Both the position numbers and the translations under genes were made by a program. DNA of 64,000 nucleotides, taken from the NCBI GenBank assembly GCA_950097015.1, contig CATNEN010000003.1, positions 13,454,001 through 13,518,000 of the forward strand. Direction: 5' to 3'. This document shows, in pieces, positions 1 through 11,755 of the stretch. The DNA comes from Macrostomum hystrix. Lineage: Eukaryota > Animalia > Platyhelminthes. The notes below the pieces were generated by a model. It had not been told where the DNA came from and made no database searches. It saw only the letters and a program-made list of their open reading frames with translations. Each line of letters begins with the position of its first letter. Position 1 is the stretch's first letter.

Positions 1-520
1 AACACTCAACTGCCGATTTGAAGCCTGAAATTTATATTCATAGTGAAGTTTATTAGGGCTTTGAAAGATCCCATTGGATGAGCAGATTCTTTTGAGTACT
101 GATCGTTTTTAACTCTGGTCTCTGAAGCCAAATAGTTCACTACGCATCATTTGCTTCGCCGCTAAACATGCAAGGTCAGCCCTTGTCTCTTCCGCTTCTC
201 CTCTGCTTTAAGAAGACACTCAAAGCCGACTAAAGCCATGTTCTAATCTGGATTACAGATTTCTGGAGACAACGCCCCCACTCCCTCCCCCGAAGCAAAA
301 TTCTTGTATCGGATGGGCAAGCCAGCTTTTGCTTCTTTTTTTTATATAGTCAGGCTTCAGTGCAGCGTGACATATCCTGTCCTCACCCCAGTCAGGCTCG
401 CTTCATTGGCTAGCAGAGAACTAAGAAATCTAAGAACTCACTTCTAATCTATTAGTGCCTTCGTCTTTTTCTCTCTCCCTGCCGAAATCCTGTACAAATA
501 ATTACGTCTTTTTTATCTTA

Positions 521-790
521 GTAGCCCTGCACGAGTGAGTTGTAAACACACGACCTAAAGGTCGGGGGTTCGATTCCTGACTCCACTGGAATAATATGTG
601 TCCTTTAGCAAGGCACTTAACTCTGTATTTCTTCAGTTTACTTAGCTGTTAAATGAGTATCAGAAATATCTGCCAGGGTAATCAAGGGTGGGTGTGGCAT
701 CTATTCAGTCCATGGACTGAATAGTCATATTCAGCAGGCAGCATTCAGATGCATATCTAGCACGACTGAGCTTTACTGAAAACAAGAAAA
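521..790 (+). mobile_element. tRNA-derived SINE, family A (CORE-like central domain), copy 1
   Basis: Pol III B-box GGTTCGATTCC at 567-577, followed by TGTGTCCTTTAGCAAGGCACTTAACTCT...CAGTTTACTTAGCTGTTAAATGAGTA, which resembles the CORE/MIR domain. Two homologous copies lie on the minus strand. Ends are approximate. Confidence 0.8.
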
Positions 791-2939
791 TACTGATACT
801 AAAGGGTGCCAAACCAGATTATGTTGTGGGCAAAAGAAATGAGAAATCTTATTATTCAGTGTTTCTTAAATAACCTAAATAACCTATTCTTTAATAAGGT
901 ATTGAATTGATCAACTATAAACTATTTTTTTCATAACTTTATTTCCCATAGTCAAGATTATTTCAATTATGCACAGAAATTTGTGTGTGCATTGGTGTTG
1001 TCAAGCTAATTTGACATGTATAGTTGGTGTGCACATGTCTTAATATTTAATTCTTGGCATAGTATAGCACCTGGTATAGTGTTCAGGTGAGTATCATGCA
1101 TGTGTAGCACTAAAGATTAATAGTAACAAGCAAATTAATTACGTTCTAGATAAGTGAAATTTTTATTTGTCTAATTGTCTAATTATCTAGCTTTTAAGTT
1201 TGTTAAATTTTCAAATCTGCAAAACAAACATATCTTTAGTATGCACTCTACCCTTTCAGTTTTTTGTCATGTCTAACATGATCCAGAAAATGGAGAGATT
1301 CAAATTCTAAGAATGTAAAGTATAAGCTAATAGGATTTCCAATATTTTTAACTAGGTTGAAGTCTATTATTGCATTTGCACTCATCTCTTATTTTGTATT
1401 GTTATTTTAATTTGAATTTTTTAGTTGTATGCTAGAATTTTATAAATTAATAACAACACATAAATTTAGCAAATATTTTAAACAATGATGCATCAAACAA
1501 AAAAGAACATTAAGAAAAAGAACATTTATAAGTAAGATTTATATACATATACAGATTTAGTTTAAAAATGCAGTATTGGGTTTGTTTAACCTAGTTTTCA
1601 AGATTTAAATAATGCTGCAAATTTTCTGTGTCACATGTGCTTGTGCACACCAAATACTTGTAGCTATACAATTTGTCTATACACACCAGGTTGTAACATT
1701 TTTGTATGCCAACTTAATTTTTATCTGTACAAATATCCCCCAAGTATATTCCAACAGCCATTTAAGAGCCAAATGTATGCCAAACTAGTTCAGCATACAG
1801 GCCATCCTATGGACAATGCTTATGAATTAATGTATATTTAGGTAATCCCTGATATCATAGGCCTACTTAATAAATTGTCAAGGACATACACTGGAATCGT
1901 ACTGCAATTTTTGGAGTCGTTCATGCCCTCAAAATGCACACTCACTCAAACAATGCAGCATAATCCTAACTATAATATTATAATTGACAAGTAGACCAAT
2001 GCTACAAAGTACAGTATTATCATATTGATTCAATTCATTGGAATTCGATACAAATATTGTAAATCGGTTTGAGGTACAATTGCCATTAAAAAATGGCAGA
2101 GAAAACTCTTTTAAAAAAAGAGTAAACTCAATTTGATTATTCATCCAGTTAACCGAGTTTTAACTTATATCTATGTTACAAGGGTATAGTTTGGTCTTTG
2201 TGAGGTCAAGACTCAAGATGGCTCTCAGCAGGGCAAGAGTGGTCTTTGGGAAGATTGTTGCTCCTGCTCGTTGAAAGGGGAGAAATTAAGCCCTTGGGTG
2301 GTTAACCGGACGAATAACAACTACCTAAAAAATAATAGGTCTAACTTTTTTTAAGTTATTAACTAAAGTTCAGCTTTTAATTTTAAATACATAGTAGAAT
2401 AGACCCATAATAATTCAACGTAGTGCAAGAGTCAGATTTGCATTGGCCAAGAATTAAATTACTTAATAACACACACGGTTGATAACCAATGGCTATTCGT
2501 CTATTTGGTACCCTTTAACTCGACAAAGACATTAATTAGTAATTTAAAATTGTAATATTTCTAAGAAAATCCATTTAAAGAGTATCTAATAAATTTAAAC
2601 AGCAAGGACGCTACAGGAATATATACTTTTATGCTAAGATATTGCAGCTCTAGTTATCTGGTTCACTTTAGTGTTTTACAAGACTGAAAAAGTTATAATA
2701 TAATGTTTAACATTTCAGCGTGTTTAGAATGAAGAATTAAAAAATATGGATTTGCGTAACTGTCTTTGAGATGACAATGAAATGGAGGCTTTGAAAAAAA
2801 CGATAGAATTGTAAATGCTTCGTTATGGAATATCTTAAGTGTCGGTCTCGATATAAATTGGTGTTCTGCAACCAAAGTCTCAGTATTTTTAGGATAAATA
2901 GTTTAAGTCTTTATCAAACGCTCCAGCAGTGCATGAATA

Positions 2940-3615
2940 TCGCCGCCGCGATCCTCAGTTACCCCGGCTGCTCATGATTATGTGCGTGCCGAGCACTCCA
3001 CGGTGACCCAGTGCTCCTGCTGCGGCTAAAAAGATTGGCACATCACGAAGATCAAAGACGGACATAAGCCACAAAACGGTTTGGCCCCCTTGCCAGATGG
3101 TATATGGATCCTCGGGGCGACGCTGAAGACCTGTAATTCCAAGTTGACTGGCCTCAGCTGAAAAACAACGCGTGCAACTTTATGAGTATATTTCGAACTC
3201 TGAAATCGCGAAGTGGAGACAATTGTCTCGGACAGCTGGACCACATATCTGCGTGTCTTTTTAGGTAGGTCGCGCGAACCTGCAACGCACTGAAACCTGG
3301 CGGGTGGCGAGACTTCTTCGCATCATCAAACTTGATTGTGTTTTTAATTGCTGCATGCGCGCGGCACTCCAGCTGCCATACGAAAGTGCCATCAGCCACA
3401 TCACTGTCAATATAAAGGCCATGCCAATGATTGCGCTCCCAAAAAGACTGTAGCAGTGCGCCAGAAAACTATTGCGCGGACTTGAAAATTGGCCGATCGA
3501 TCCAAATAAATGCCGCGTCGATCGCTGCGCATATTGTTGGAATTCTCAGAAAAGCTTGCGGAATTTGTCAGGATTGTGCATGGAATCCCACGAAATCGTG
3601 GATCAAGGACTTTTA
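2940..3615 (+). pseudogene. decayed non-LTR retrotransposon fragment (R2/NeSL-like, zinc-knuckle region)
   Basis: GC-richer island with broken frames. It contains EIAKWRQLS and CAYC-x8-N-x4-C (CAYCWNSQKSLRNLSGLC), a CCHC knuckle with H replaced by N (AAT for CAT), followed after a frameshift by TKSWIK. Confidence 0.45.
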
Positions 3616-3744
3616 GTTAAGTACGTAGCTATAGTGGTCCTTGTATACCCGCACGCCTAAGTTTGTCAAACTAAGTGAAATTATCTGTACTGTGCACTAT
3701 ACTATAAACACTATATACTATACTGTATATTGATTACACCTGTC

Positions 3745-3993
3745 TCCGTGCCTAAACAGCCCGGCGCAGCCGAATTATACTTAGCAGGGCTGCAGTTTAG
3801 TTCATGGACTGGGGGAACGCTACACTCATTCTCAATTACCCGATCAGCTAATGCTGATAGCCACATTTAACAGCTGGTCGAACTGAAGCAATGTAGAGAA
3901 CTGAAGCGTCTTGCTAAAGAACTTTTGAGAAGTCGGGAATCGAACCCCTGACCTTAAAGTCGTGACTCCGACGCTCTAAGCACCAAGCTACAA
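3745..3993 (-). mobile_element. tRNA-derived SINE, family A, copy 2
   Basis: Minus strand reads GTAGCTTGGTGCTTAGAGCG (A-box-like), GGTTCGATTCC (3936-3946), CTTTAGCAAGACGCTT, CAGCTGTTAAATG and CAGTCCATG, colinear with copy 1. Confidence 0.8.
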
Positions 3994-4613
3994 TCCGTAA
4001 TAAATTTACAGTTATATTATGAATATTTTAAGAATAAAAAATTATAGAATATCCTATAATGCCTATATTTTTATAGCTTTAGTTGATTGAGTATCCTACG
4101 TACTACTATAAAAAAACAAAAACAAATCTCAAAATTTGAGAACCTCTGCATTATTCTGTACCACCGTTCTCACAGTCTCACAGTTTAAAGTTTTATTTAT
4201 CAATGAGTTCTTGGAGGTTAGAAACATGAACGCGAAAACTGTTAAAGTGTCGAATCTATATTAAAATTATACTTGTTTTATAATTCCTTTTGACCCAAAA
4301 CCAATGTAAACATCATTATATGCATTTTTAAGACAGGCAAGCACTTTTAGGACAGCTGTATAGGAATTGATCAAGCCATCTCAAAACAGGTTTTTGCGTC
4401 AAAAATGTTTAATTAATCTAGAACTTAAGTTTCTGTCATTTCGGAATAATTTAAAAAGAATTTCAATATTCAGCATTCAAAAAATTAAAAGTTTTTATAT
4501 GGGCCTATAGTTTTTTAGTTTAGTCTACCATTTCATGGATCGGTACTAAAAGTGCAAGTATAACACATACGATGTCTGAAAAGTGCATGGAATTGATCCA
4601 ATCCAAGCGGCAA

Positions 4614-5126
4614 CTACAGCTCGGTCTTTTTGTTGGTAGAATCTTCCTCTTCCTCCTGCTTAGGATAGGGAGTGCCATTGAAACCGTAGCTTTTCAGCAG
4701 CTCCTTGATTTCGTCGGCTGTGCTGTTGACGACGTCGTGACGATGCGCGTATTTCTTCTCGCTAGTGAAGATGTACAGGGTTGGCACGGCGTCCTGTCCG
4801 TTCTTCCAGTGTACATTGGGCCAGTACTCGTCGAGTAGCATCGAGTTGATGAAGCTCCTTGCCTCGGTGTAGTTGGACTGGCAGTGCACGTGCGCGTGCA
4901 GCACAGCGTACGAAGGTCGCATGTCTTCGTCTCTCCTGGTTCGATTCCAATCGATGTTGCCCTTGATGTAGAACTCCTCGAAGCGGGTCATGTTAATCTT
5001 GGGTCGTTTGGGCTTCTCTGATCCGGCTGGCTGGCTGCTGTCGGCAGAGCTGGGCGCAGTTAGGAGGGCCAGTGTGTAGAGCAGGAAGCTCGCGACTAGA
5101 ATGGTGCTCACTAGATGTCCTTTAGC
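4614..5126 (-). CDS. SelM/Sep15-like thioredoxin-fold ER protein, exon 2 (model: complement join 4614..5126, 5595..5597; 171 aa)
   Basis: Acceptor cctcAG|GCT at 5126, signal peptide MAKGHLVSTILVASFLLYTLALLTAPSSA, C-terminal KTEL. The core YAVLHAHVHCQSNYTEARSFI...PNVHWK...AVPTLYIF...TADEIKELLKSYGF aligns by eye to SelM ARVETCGGUQLNRLKEVKAFV...HNLVMK...ADPELVLL...TREEINALVQELGF. Confidence 0.8.
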   Translation of the reverse strand, partial: AKGHLVSTILVASFLLYTLALLTAPSSADSSQPAGSEKPKRPKINMTRFEEFYIKGNIDWNRTRRDEDMRPSYAVLHAHVHCQSNYTEARSFINSMLLDEYWPNVHWKNGQDAVPTLYIFTSEKKYAHRHDVVNSTADEIKELLKSYGFNGTPYPKQEEEEDSTNKKTEL

Positions 5127-5594
5127 CTGAGGCGAAACGAATGGTAATTGAGATCATGAGAGATCAAGAGCGTTACAGCCGGTAAAACCTCAAGAGTGTA
5201 AATGATAATTTAGGGTGCACTCGTAGATATCTTATCAACTGGCGGCAATAAAGGCTGACACCAGTTAATTAAGGGCTAAACGGGGTAATTATCTGTCAGG
5301 GAACGTAGGGGTCACGTCGTGAATGTGGTGAATTATCCTACTATTATGGGATCTTGTCAGAGTGTAATTGACTATAATAAAAAAAGCTAATTAGGCTAAT
5401 TAATTAATAATCTTATCAGACAGGTATAGATTAATTGGACGCTAAAGTGCGTTTTGTAAAATACAGTCTTCGTTTTTATTCGAATAGTAAGTAGAACTTT
5501 GCTATGGTACCGAAATAGGTCATACTACATGTAGATGTAATTAGTTACAAACAATACGACTCATACAAACGCTGATGACAAACAATTAACTCAC

Positions 5595-5597
5595 CAT
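5595..5597 (-). CDS. ATG-only coding part of exon 1 of the SelM-like gene
   Basis: Minus strand gtcgtcATG|GTGAGT is a consensus donor in phase 0, matching the phase-0 acceptor at 5126. Confidence 0.6.
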
Positions 5598-5699
5598 GAC
5601 GACAGCTTACTCGAAACCTTGAGAGGAAAAACGTATTTAAAAAAATCAAAAGGGTAGATTTCGGTAAAGAGGAAAATGGCCGACCAGTTTGGCCTTTTT

Positions 5700-6060
5700 A
5701 TTTAGTAGGCCATCGATCCCAGAAAGCACACGTGGATTAAGCAGACAACCCCATCCTCCGAGCTCTCAACGGGTTTCAATCTCGTTGAGGCAAAGACTGT
5801 GATAAGGGGAGAAAAACTCAGGCTGAGTACCGACGTCATTTCCTGTCGACGCATAGCTAAGTTGAACCAATCAATGCTTGCAGCTTTTGTCAAAGAAATC
5901 TTCGAATCCTAGAAAAAACGATCGTAAATATCGGATGCGGCGCTATACTCCGTAGCTTGAATCTGAAAGCCATTGTCACCGGATGTATAAATCAAAGCAC
6001 TGAAAATGCTCACATGTAGCTCTTGCTTTCGTAGATGATGTGGATTTACACGTCGACTTA
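5700..6060 (+). pseudogene. decayed non-LTR reverse transcriptase fragment
   Basis: VALAFVDDVDL at ~6016-6048 resembles the RT catalytic LAFADDL motif. The preceding frames are broken. Confidence 0.4.
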
Positions 6061-6359
6061 CACAATATAATATGAATCAGATTAGTAAAAATCAAACGAT
6101 CGGGCGTGGCTGCTATTTTTTCAGGACGGATCGCAAGTACTGTATATAATACTAAAGCAGTCTTATTGCAGTGTCTATTGTAAAATTCTATGCATTGCTC
6201 TTATTAAGCCATATTATAAGCTTTTGCCAGACAGTTGACAAAGGCGGTGTGGCTGAAATTATACCCCAAATTCATGAAGGCTCTATACATAAACTCGAGA
6301 CAACATTTAAAACAAATCCATGTTTTCCTTGGTACGTGGACCTATCCACACGAATCTAA

Positions 6360-6600
6360 CTGGCAGAGTGGTCAAGCGTGTCCCTGGGCTCGATTCCGCG
6401 GCGAGGCCACATTCGTTTGGGCGCAGCTACGAAAAGAAGGCTTGGGGGCTGTAGTTCAATTTGCGCCTTTGAGGCAATTACAAATCACTGCCTGAGATAT
6501 TCAGGGCAAATCTACGTACTCCACACCTGTGTAAGTGTGTGCCTTCGTACGGTATATACGTGCGTGAGCGGAATGAGCAGAATTGCCTCCTTGCTGCAGC
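6360..6600 (+). mobile_element. tRNA-derived SINE, family B copy
   Basis: GCTCGATTCCGCGGCGAGG...AGAAGGCTTGGGGGCT...GCAGAATTGCCTCC, colinear with the copy at 26278. Confidence 0.8.
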
Positions 6601-6759
6601 TAAAAGTGGAATGTTTCATACGAGCCTTTCGTTCTGTGAGGGCGTCGAGACCGTCCTGCTGTACAAGCCTGATACCTTTACGCTTACGGACTCGCTGGAA
6701 CAGCCTTAAAGATCAGCGACGAGCGAGTCACTAACGCTTCACTATATCGCCGCACCGCT

Positions 6760-6950
6760 TAAACGAATTGCTGCGTCGTCGGCGACTTCAGCTGGCAGAC
6801 CACATCATCCGCGCCGATTCCTACTGCCCACAGCCGGTGCAGGTGCTGCGGCTGCTCACGCTGAAGGCACACTACCAGCGCGGCCAGGCCCGAACTCGGT
6901 GTTTCGTCGACTGCCTGCTGGCTGGCAGACGCTGGCGCCCCCGACTTACG
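6760..6950 (+). mobile_element. 3' fragment of a LINE ORF2 (RTE-like C-terminus)
   Basis: LLRRRRLQLADHIIRADSYCPQPVQ...RGQARTRCFVDCL matches the RRRL-x-x-GH-x-x-R...RG..R..W/Y.D pattern at the end of LINE RT proteins. Confidence 0.7.
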
Positions 6951-7550
6951 TTGGAGAGTCGTTTGAGAAGCGATCAAGCAATTAGAAAAACTGTTTGAGC
7001 AGCGTTTTGAGTAGTTGGAGATGCGTTTGAGTCGTTGGAGAAGCGTTTGAGTCGTTGGAGAAGCGTTTCAGTAGTTGGAGATGCGTTTGAGACGTTGGAG
7101 AAGCGTTTGAGTCGTTGGAGAAGCGATTGAAACGTTGGAGATGTGTTTGAGACGTTGGAGATGCGTTAGAGTCGTTCGAGATGCGTTTGAGTCGTTGGAG
7201 AAGCGATTGAAACGTTGGAGAAGCGTTAGAGTCGTTGTAGAAGCGTTTGAGTAGTTGGAGATGCGTTTGAGACGTTGGAGAAGCGTTTGAGACGTTGGAG
7301 AAGCGTTTGAGTAGTTGGATAAGCGTTTGAGTCGTTGGATAAGCGTTTGAGTCGTTGGAGAAGCGTTTGAGTTGTTGGAGAAGCATTGGAATCGGTGGAG
7401 AAGCGTTGGAATCGGTGGAGAAGCATTGGAATCGGTGGAGAAGCATTGGAATCGGTGGAGATGCGTTAAAGTCATTATAAAACTGTTTGAATCGTTGGTA
7501 ATCCGTTCAAGTCATTTAGACAACTGCTTCAGGGGTTGAAGAAGCGTTTG
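6950..7550. repeat. 20-bp minisatellite GAGTCGTTGGAGAAGCGTTT
   Basis: About 23 good copies at 7005-7470, with degenerate flanks. Confidence 0.95.
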
Positions 7551-8820
7551 AGCTGTTCCACACGATTCGTTAACGAGGGGTAAAAGGTTTGCTTTAATTG
7601 GGAAAACATTGATTCCAAGAACTAACCTAAAATTTCAGAAACAAATAAAAACATTTCAATCCGTAAAATTGTTTGTTTTGTCACAAAATGTTTGATAGAT
7701 AGACATGTGCAGCTACGCAAATTAAATCAGAAAACTTTTTTATTTATTTCTGCACTCAGTTGTTAAAAGAACATTGCATTTATAGGGAAATAATATGATA
7801 GCTTTAAAATAATTTTAAAAAAAGAAAGTACAATGAAAAGAACAATGAAACTGTGCAAAATCGCCATTAGTTGACTATGGTTTCAGAATAGGTTTTTAAC
7901 GTCATGACTTCCTCTAATCCTCTTTATTCGCTTGACGTGCTACTTATATAAGTAGAAAAACACTAATTTTTCCCTACGAAAGAAAAAATTTTAGTTTTTT
8001 TATTTTTCTAAAAAGGGCTTTACAATAATTAGCCAGATTTCTTAATAGAAATTTTACTTAATTAATTTTACTTAAGTTAATAAGTTAACAAAGTGCAAAA
8101 TGAATGTGACTTATGTACAGAACTTTAATATATAATGTGAAAGAAAAAGTAATGCACGTTTAACAACAAAAAAGTAATAATATTATACATAAATAAGTGT
8201 ATATGTTTGCATATTTAAATTCATTTACAGTATTCTGAACTAGTCATTAAATTGAATTCGCGCCAAAATGGTAAATTTGAGTCGCCTTTGCATGACTTAC
8301 ACTTTTTTGGCGCGCATTCAAATGTTCAAGTGCCAATCGTGCGAAGAACTTGAAGCAGTGAACAGACAACGGATATAGCTCAAAATATTTTCTAGCGAAT
8401 GGCAAATGGTAGAAAGTTTTAAAATTAGGAGAACAATTTTAGGAGAAAGCAATTAAGAGTAAGTTACCAGCTAACCAAGAGAGACATGCCTTGATGTAGG
8501 AAAAATTCGGGACTGAATAACAACACTAGAGCAACAGAAAAAAGTAATTTCAAAAGTTAACAATCCATGACTTAAAAAGTCACCCAACAATATTAAAAAA
8601 AGTAAGCACGAGAAAACATTTTTCAAACACTAAGTGATCTGCGACACGCAGCTTATTTATTAATATAATCCCTTGAACTCGGAACTGAGAGAGAAGTTCA
8701 AGACATTATTTTATGTAGAAAGACTAAAGAAAAGAACGATAGTTTTTTAACTTTCTAAACACAAAAACATTAGGCAGAATATCTTCTGACTTTAAATTGA
8801 CAAAATCTTAATGGACCCAA

Positions 8821-9058
8821 GGCCCTGGATAGACAGCCACCTCACTCCGCATGTCTTGTCTGCCTGGGCCCTGGATAGACAGCCACCTCACTCCGCATGT
8901 CTTGTCTGCCTGGGCCCTGGATAGACAGCCACCTCACTCCGCATGTCTTGTCTGCCCGGGCCCTGGATAGACAGCCACCTCACTCCGCATGTCTTATCTG
9001 CCTGGGCCCTGGATAGACAGCCACCTCACTCCGCATGTCTTGTTTGCCTAGGCCCTGA
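8821..9058. repeat. 46-bp tandem repeat in the presumptive ARIH2 3' UTR
   Basis: GGCCCTGGATAGACAGCCACCTCACTCCGCATGTCTTGTCTGCCTG, about 5 copies. Confidence 0.95.
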
Positions 9059-9167
9059 ATATGCACCGATCTTTTAAGTTGCAGTACTTTCCTAATATCA
9101 AAATAGGATAAAGTTATCGACATTGATAGTATAATAAAAACAAGTCCATTCCAAAGCTGTTCACTGC

Positions 9168-9311
9168 TCAATGAAATTCCTTTACAAGAAATTCACGCAT
9201 CTTCTCGCAGTGAAACATTTGATATTCCACCTGGCCACGATGCGATCGATTTGACAAATCGGCGCGCTCAATCAGAAACGATAGATCTTCGACAGCCTTT
9301 TCGAGCATGGC
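9168..9311 (-). CDS. ARIH2: Ariadne-2 RBR E3 ubiquitin ligase, last exon
   Basis: ctAG|GCC acceptor. AMLEKAVEDLSFLIERADLSNRSHRGQVEYQMFHCEKMREFLVKEFH* parallels the ARIH2 C-terminus [44 protein letters not shown]. Confidence 0.9.
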   Translation of the reverse strand, partial: AMLEKAVEDLSFLIERADLSNRSHRGQVEYQMFHCEKMREFLVKEFH

Positions 9312-9405
9312 CTAGGGGGATTTTTTAAGTTATTGATGATCAATCAATAGTCAACAAAACCTAGAATCAAGGAAGTTCAGTATAAAAAAACGAATTGTAG
9401 CTCAC

Positions 9406-9867
9406 CTGCTGATACTCGAATAGTTCCTTGCGCACGTGACCTTTGGGTAAAAAGTAAGCGTAGGGATAAGTGTATTGCAGGGTGTAGCGGCATCGGCGCA
9501 GCATCTCGGCTGCCGTGATCAGGTACTGCCAATCAATCCAGGTGCCTTCGCTGAGCATCACGCGTTCCTCGATGCGATCGCGAATCTTTTTCAAAGCGTC
9601 GGCCTCTAAACGCAGCGACTTGCCGTGATTGTCCCAGCGGGTGAAATAGTGCAAATATTTGCGCAGCGCCTCGCGAGCTTGCGCCCCGGCCGCGGCCTCG
9701 CTAAGCATCTGCGGATTCTCTTTGTACTTGCTGCACTCGTAGAAATCTTTGCCGTGCTGTCTCCAATCGCCAAGACAGACCCAGCAAAAATCGAATTTGC
9801 ATTTGAAGCACTGCATATGATTGCAGCCGCCGTTCTTTTCAATGCAGACGCCGCACTTTGGACAATC
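9406..9867 (-). CDS. ARIH2: ARIH2 exon: RING2 plus Ariadne domain
   Basis: [31 protein letters not shown] (catalytic GCNH), then GTWIDWQYL...[17 protein letters not shown] borders, both phase 0. Confidence 0.95.
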
Positions 9868-10100
9868 CTGAATTATTAATGTCAAACTAATCAGGATTAG
9901 ATTTTTTTCGATACATATCGGGCGGACATAAATCAAAGTAGATAGATAACTCTCAATTGAAAAACTCTTATCGTAATTGTACACAAAAGTTTTTTATTGG
10001 CACAATGTAAACTATTTTTGTTTCGATACATATCGGGTAGCTGAGCAATCAAAGTAAAATATTTTAGTACGTTTAACTGAAATAAATAATTGTGATTATG

Positions 10101-10250
10101 AGTCCACGGAGTGGTTGGACGCCACCTGGTACCCATTTAACAGCTGGGTAAACTGATGCAATATAGAGTTAAGTGTATTACTAAAGGACACAGATTGTTT
10201 CAGTAAAGTCTGGAATCGAACCCCCGCCCTAAAGACTACGTTACAACCTC
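10101..10250 (-). mobile_element. tRNA-derived SINE, family A, copy 3 (ARIH2 intron)
   Basis: Minus strand GGGGGTTCGATTCC...TGTGTCCTTTAGTAATACACTTAACTCT...CAGTTTACCCAGCTGTTAAATGGGTA. Confidence 0.8.
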
Positions 10251-10304
10251 AAATAACGATGCCTCTTTCTTTTTGTACCTAGATTATCTAGTATCTGGAT
10301 CCAG

Positions 10305-10440
10305 ACTAATTGCTATGCCTACCAGAATTGTCTGTAATGCCTACCAGAATTGTCTGTAATATCTACCAGAATGGTCTGTAACGTCTAGCAGAATTGTCTG
10401 TAACATCAACCAAAATTGTCTGTAATATCTACCAGAATGG
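10305..10440. repeat. 22-bp intronic minisatellite (AGAATTGTCTGTAATGCCTACC)
   Basis: About 6 degenerate copies. The TTGTCTGTAAT core is shared with the array at 11175. Confidence 0.85.
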
Positions 10441-10557
10441 TAAATGTCTACCTAAATTGGCTATTATATCTATATAGAATTGCTACTTGACATGGCTATA
10501 AAGACTATTTATTAGTTTTTTTCGATACATATCTGGTAGGTTAAAAAATTAACGGAC

Positions 10558-11049
10558 CTTAGTATGCGCGCTAATATAATTAGCCGTCTCGGAGTCGTCT
10601 CTGCACTTTAATAGCCAGCGCTTAATCAGGGCACAATCAGTCGGCGCGTGATAATCCATGCCGCAGGCGAAACAGAAAGCAGATTTACATTGTCCGCAAA
10701 TCACTAGCCTAGCATCTCTCTGCCTGGCTCGGAGCACACCGGAACAATCCGATCTAGTGCAGAAGACCAACTGCGGATGCGAAGTAATCTGGGCTCGAAA
10801 TGAGACCTCGTGAAAGCGGCGCCTTATTACCGGATCTGTTAGACAGGCCAATACTAGATCGTCAGTAGCTAGCAAGGCGCAGTCGCGCTCCATGCATTGA
10901 ACATCGGCACGGCTAGACTGCAGTTGGGTGGCAACGAATGCCTGCCAACATTCGGTGCAGAACACGTGACCGCAGGCTAAACCTTTCACCGTCACGCTAG
11001 TGCTGGTTGGCAGACAACAGATGGGGCAAGCAATGCCAGGCTGCATTAC
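10558..11049 (-). CDS. ARIH2: ARIH2 exon: RING1 plus IBR
   Basis: CPICC...CGHVFCTECW...C (RING1); CTRSDC...CGQC...FCFACGMDYHAPTDC (IBR); KCRDDSETANYISAHTK. Phase-0 borders. Confidence 0.95.
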
Positions 11050-11174
11050 CTGCAGGGACAGATGAGATAAGATTGCACTGGTTTGCTCTTCTCTAGGTCC
11101 GTAAATCAGATTGATAGGTTTACATGTAATGTCTAATTGACTTGTCTGTAATATCAAATCTAGCACACTGCAAT

Positions 11175-11430
11175 GACTGCCAAGATTGTCTGTAATGTCT
11201 GTTTGGGTTGCCTGTAATGTATGCTTGGATTGCCTGTAATGTCTGTTTGGGTTGTCTGTAATGACTGTTTGGGTTGTATGTACCTGTAATGTCTGTTTGG
11301 GTTGTCTGTAATTACTGTTTAGATTGTCTGTAATGACTGTTTAGATTGTCTGTGATGACTGTTTAGATTGTCTGTATTCTGTAATGTCTGCTTGGATTGC
11401 CTGTAATCTCTGCATGAATTGTCTGTAAAG
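11175..11430. repeat. 22-bp intronic minisatellite (GATTGTCTGTAATGACTGTTTA)
   Basis: About 11 degenerate copies. Confidence 0.9.
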
Positions 11431-11497
11431 GCTTACCTAGATTTTCCCAAAACTTTAAACGAATGGCCTAATACAGAAGCCACAGTAATAAAAGAGC

Positions 11498-11755
11498 CTT
11501 ACAGAAACCACTGTAATCATAACAGACTGTTACAGAAACCACTGTAATCATAACGGACTGTAACAGAAACCACTGTACTCATAACGGACTGTTTCAGAAA
11601 CCACTGTAATCATAACGGACTGTTACAGAAACCACTGTAATCATAACGGACTGTTACAGAAACCACTGTAATCATAACGGACTGTTACAGAAACCACTGT
11701 AATCATAACGGACTGTTACAGAAACCACTGTAATCATAACGGACTGTTACAGAAA
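11498..11755. repeat. 31-bp intronic minisatellite TTACAGAAACCACTGTAATCATAACGGACTG
   Basis: About 8 near-identical copies. Confidence 0.95.

Noticed and set aside
521-600. tRNA genes at the SINE heads (also 3930-3993, 10200-10250 and 26278-26345)
   Set aside because: Only A/B boxes are retained. There is no complete cloverleaf, and each continues into a shared SINE body.
970-1655. Short inverted matches (TTGGTGTGCACA/TGTGCACACCAA; CACAGAAATT) suggesting TIRs
   Set aside because: The two matches are not nested in the order needed for terminal inverted repeats, and no TSD was found.
4480-4545. SECIS-like ATGA...AAA in the 3' UTR of the SelM-like gene (minus strand)
   Set aside because: There is no 3' GA quartet or good helix II, and the CDS has no in-frame TGA.
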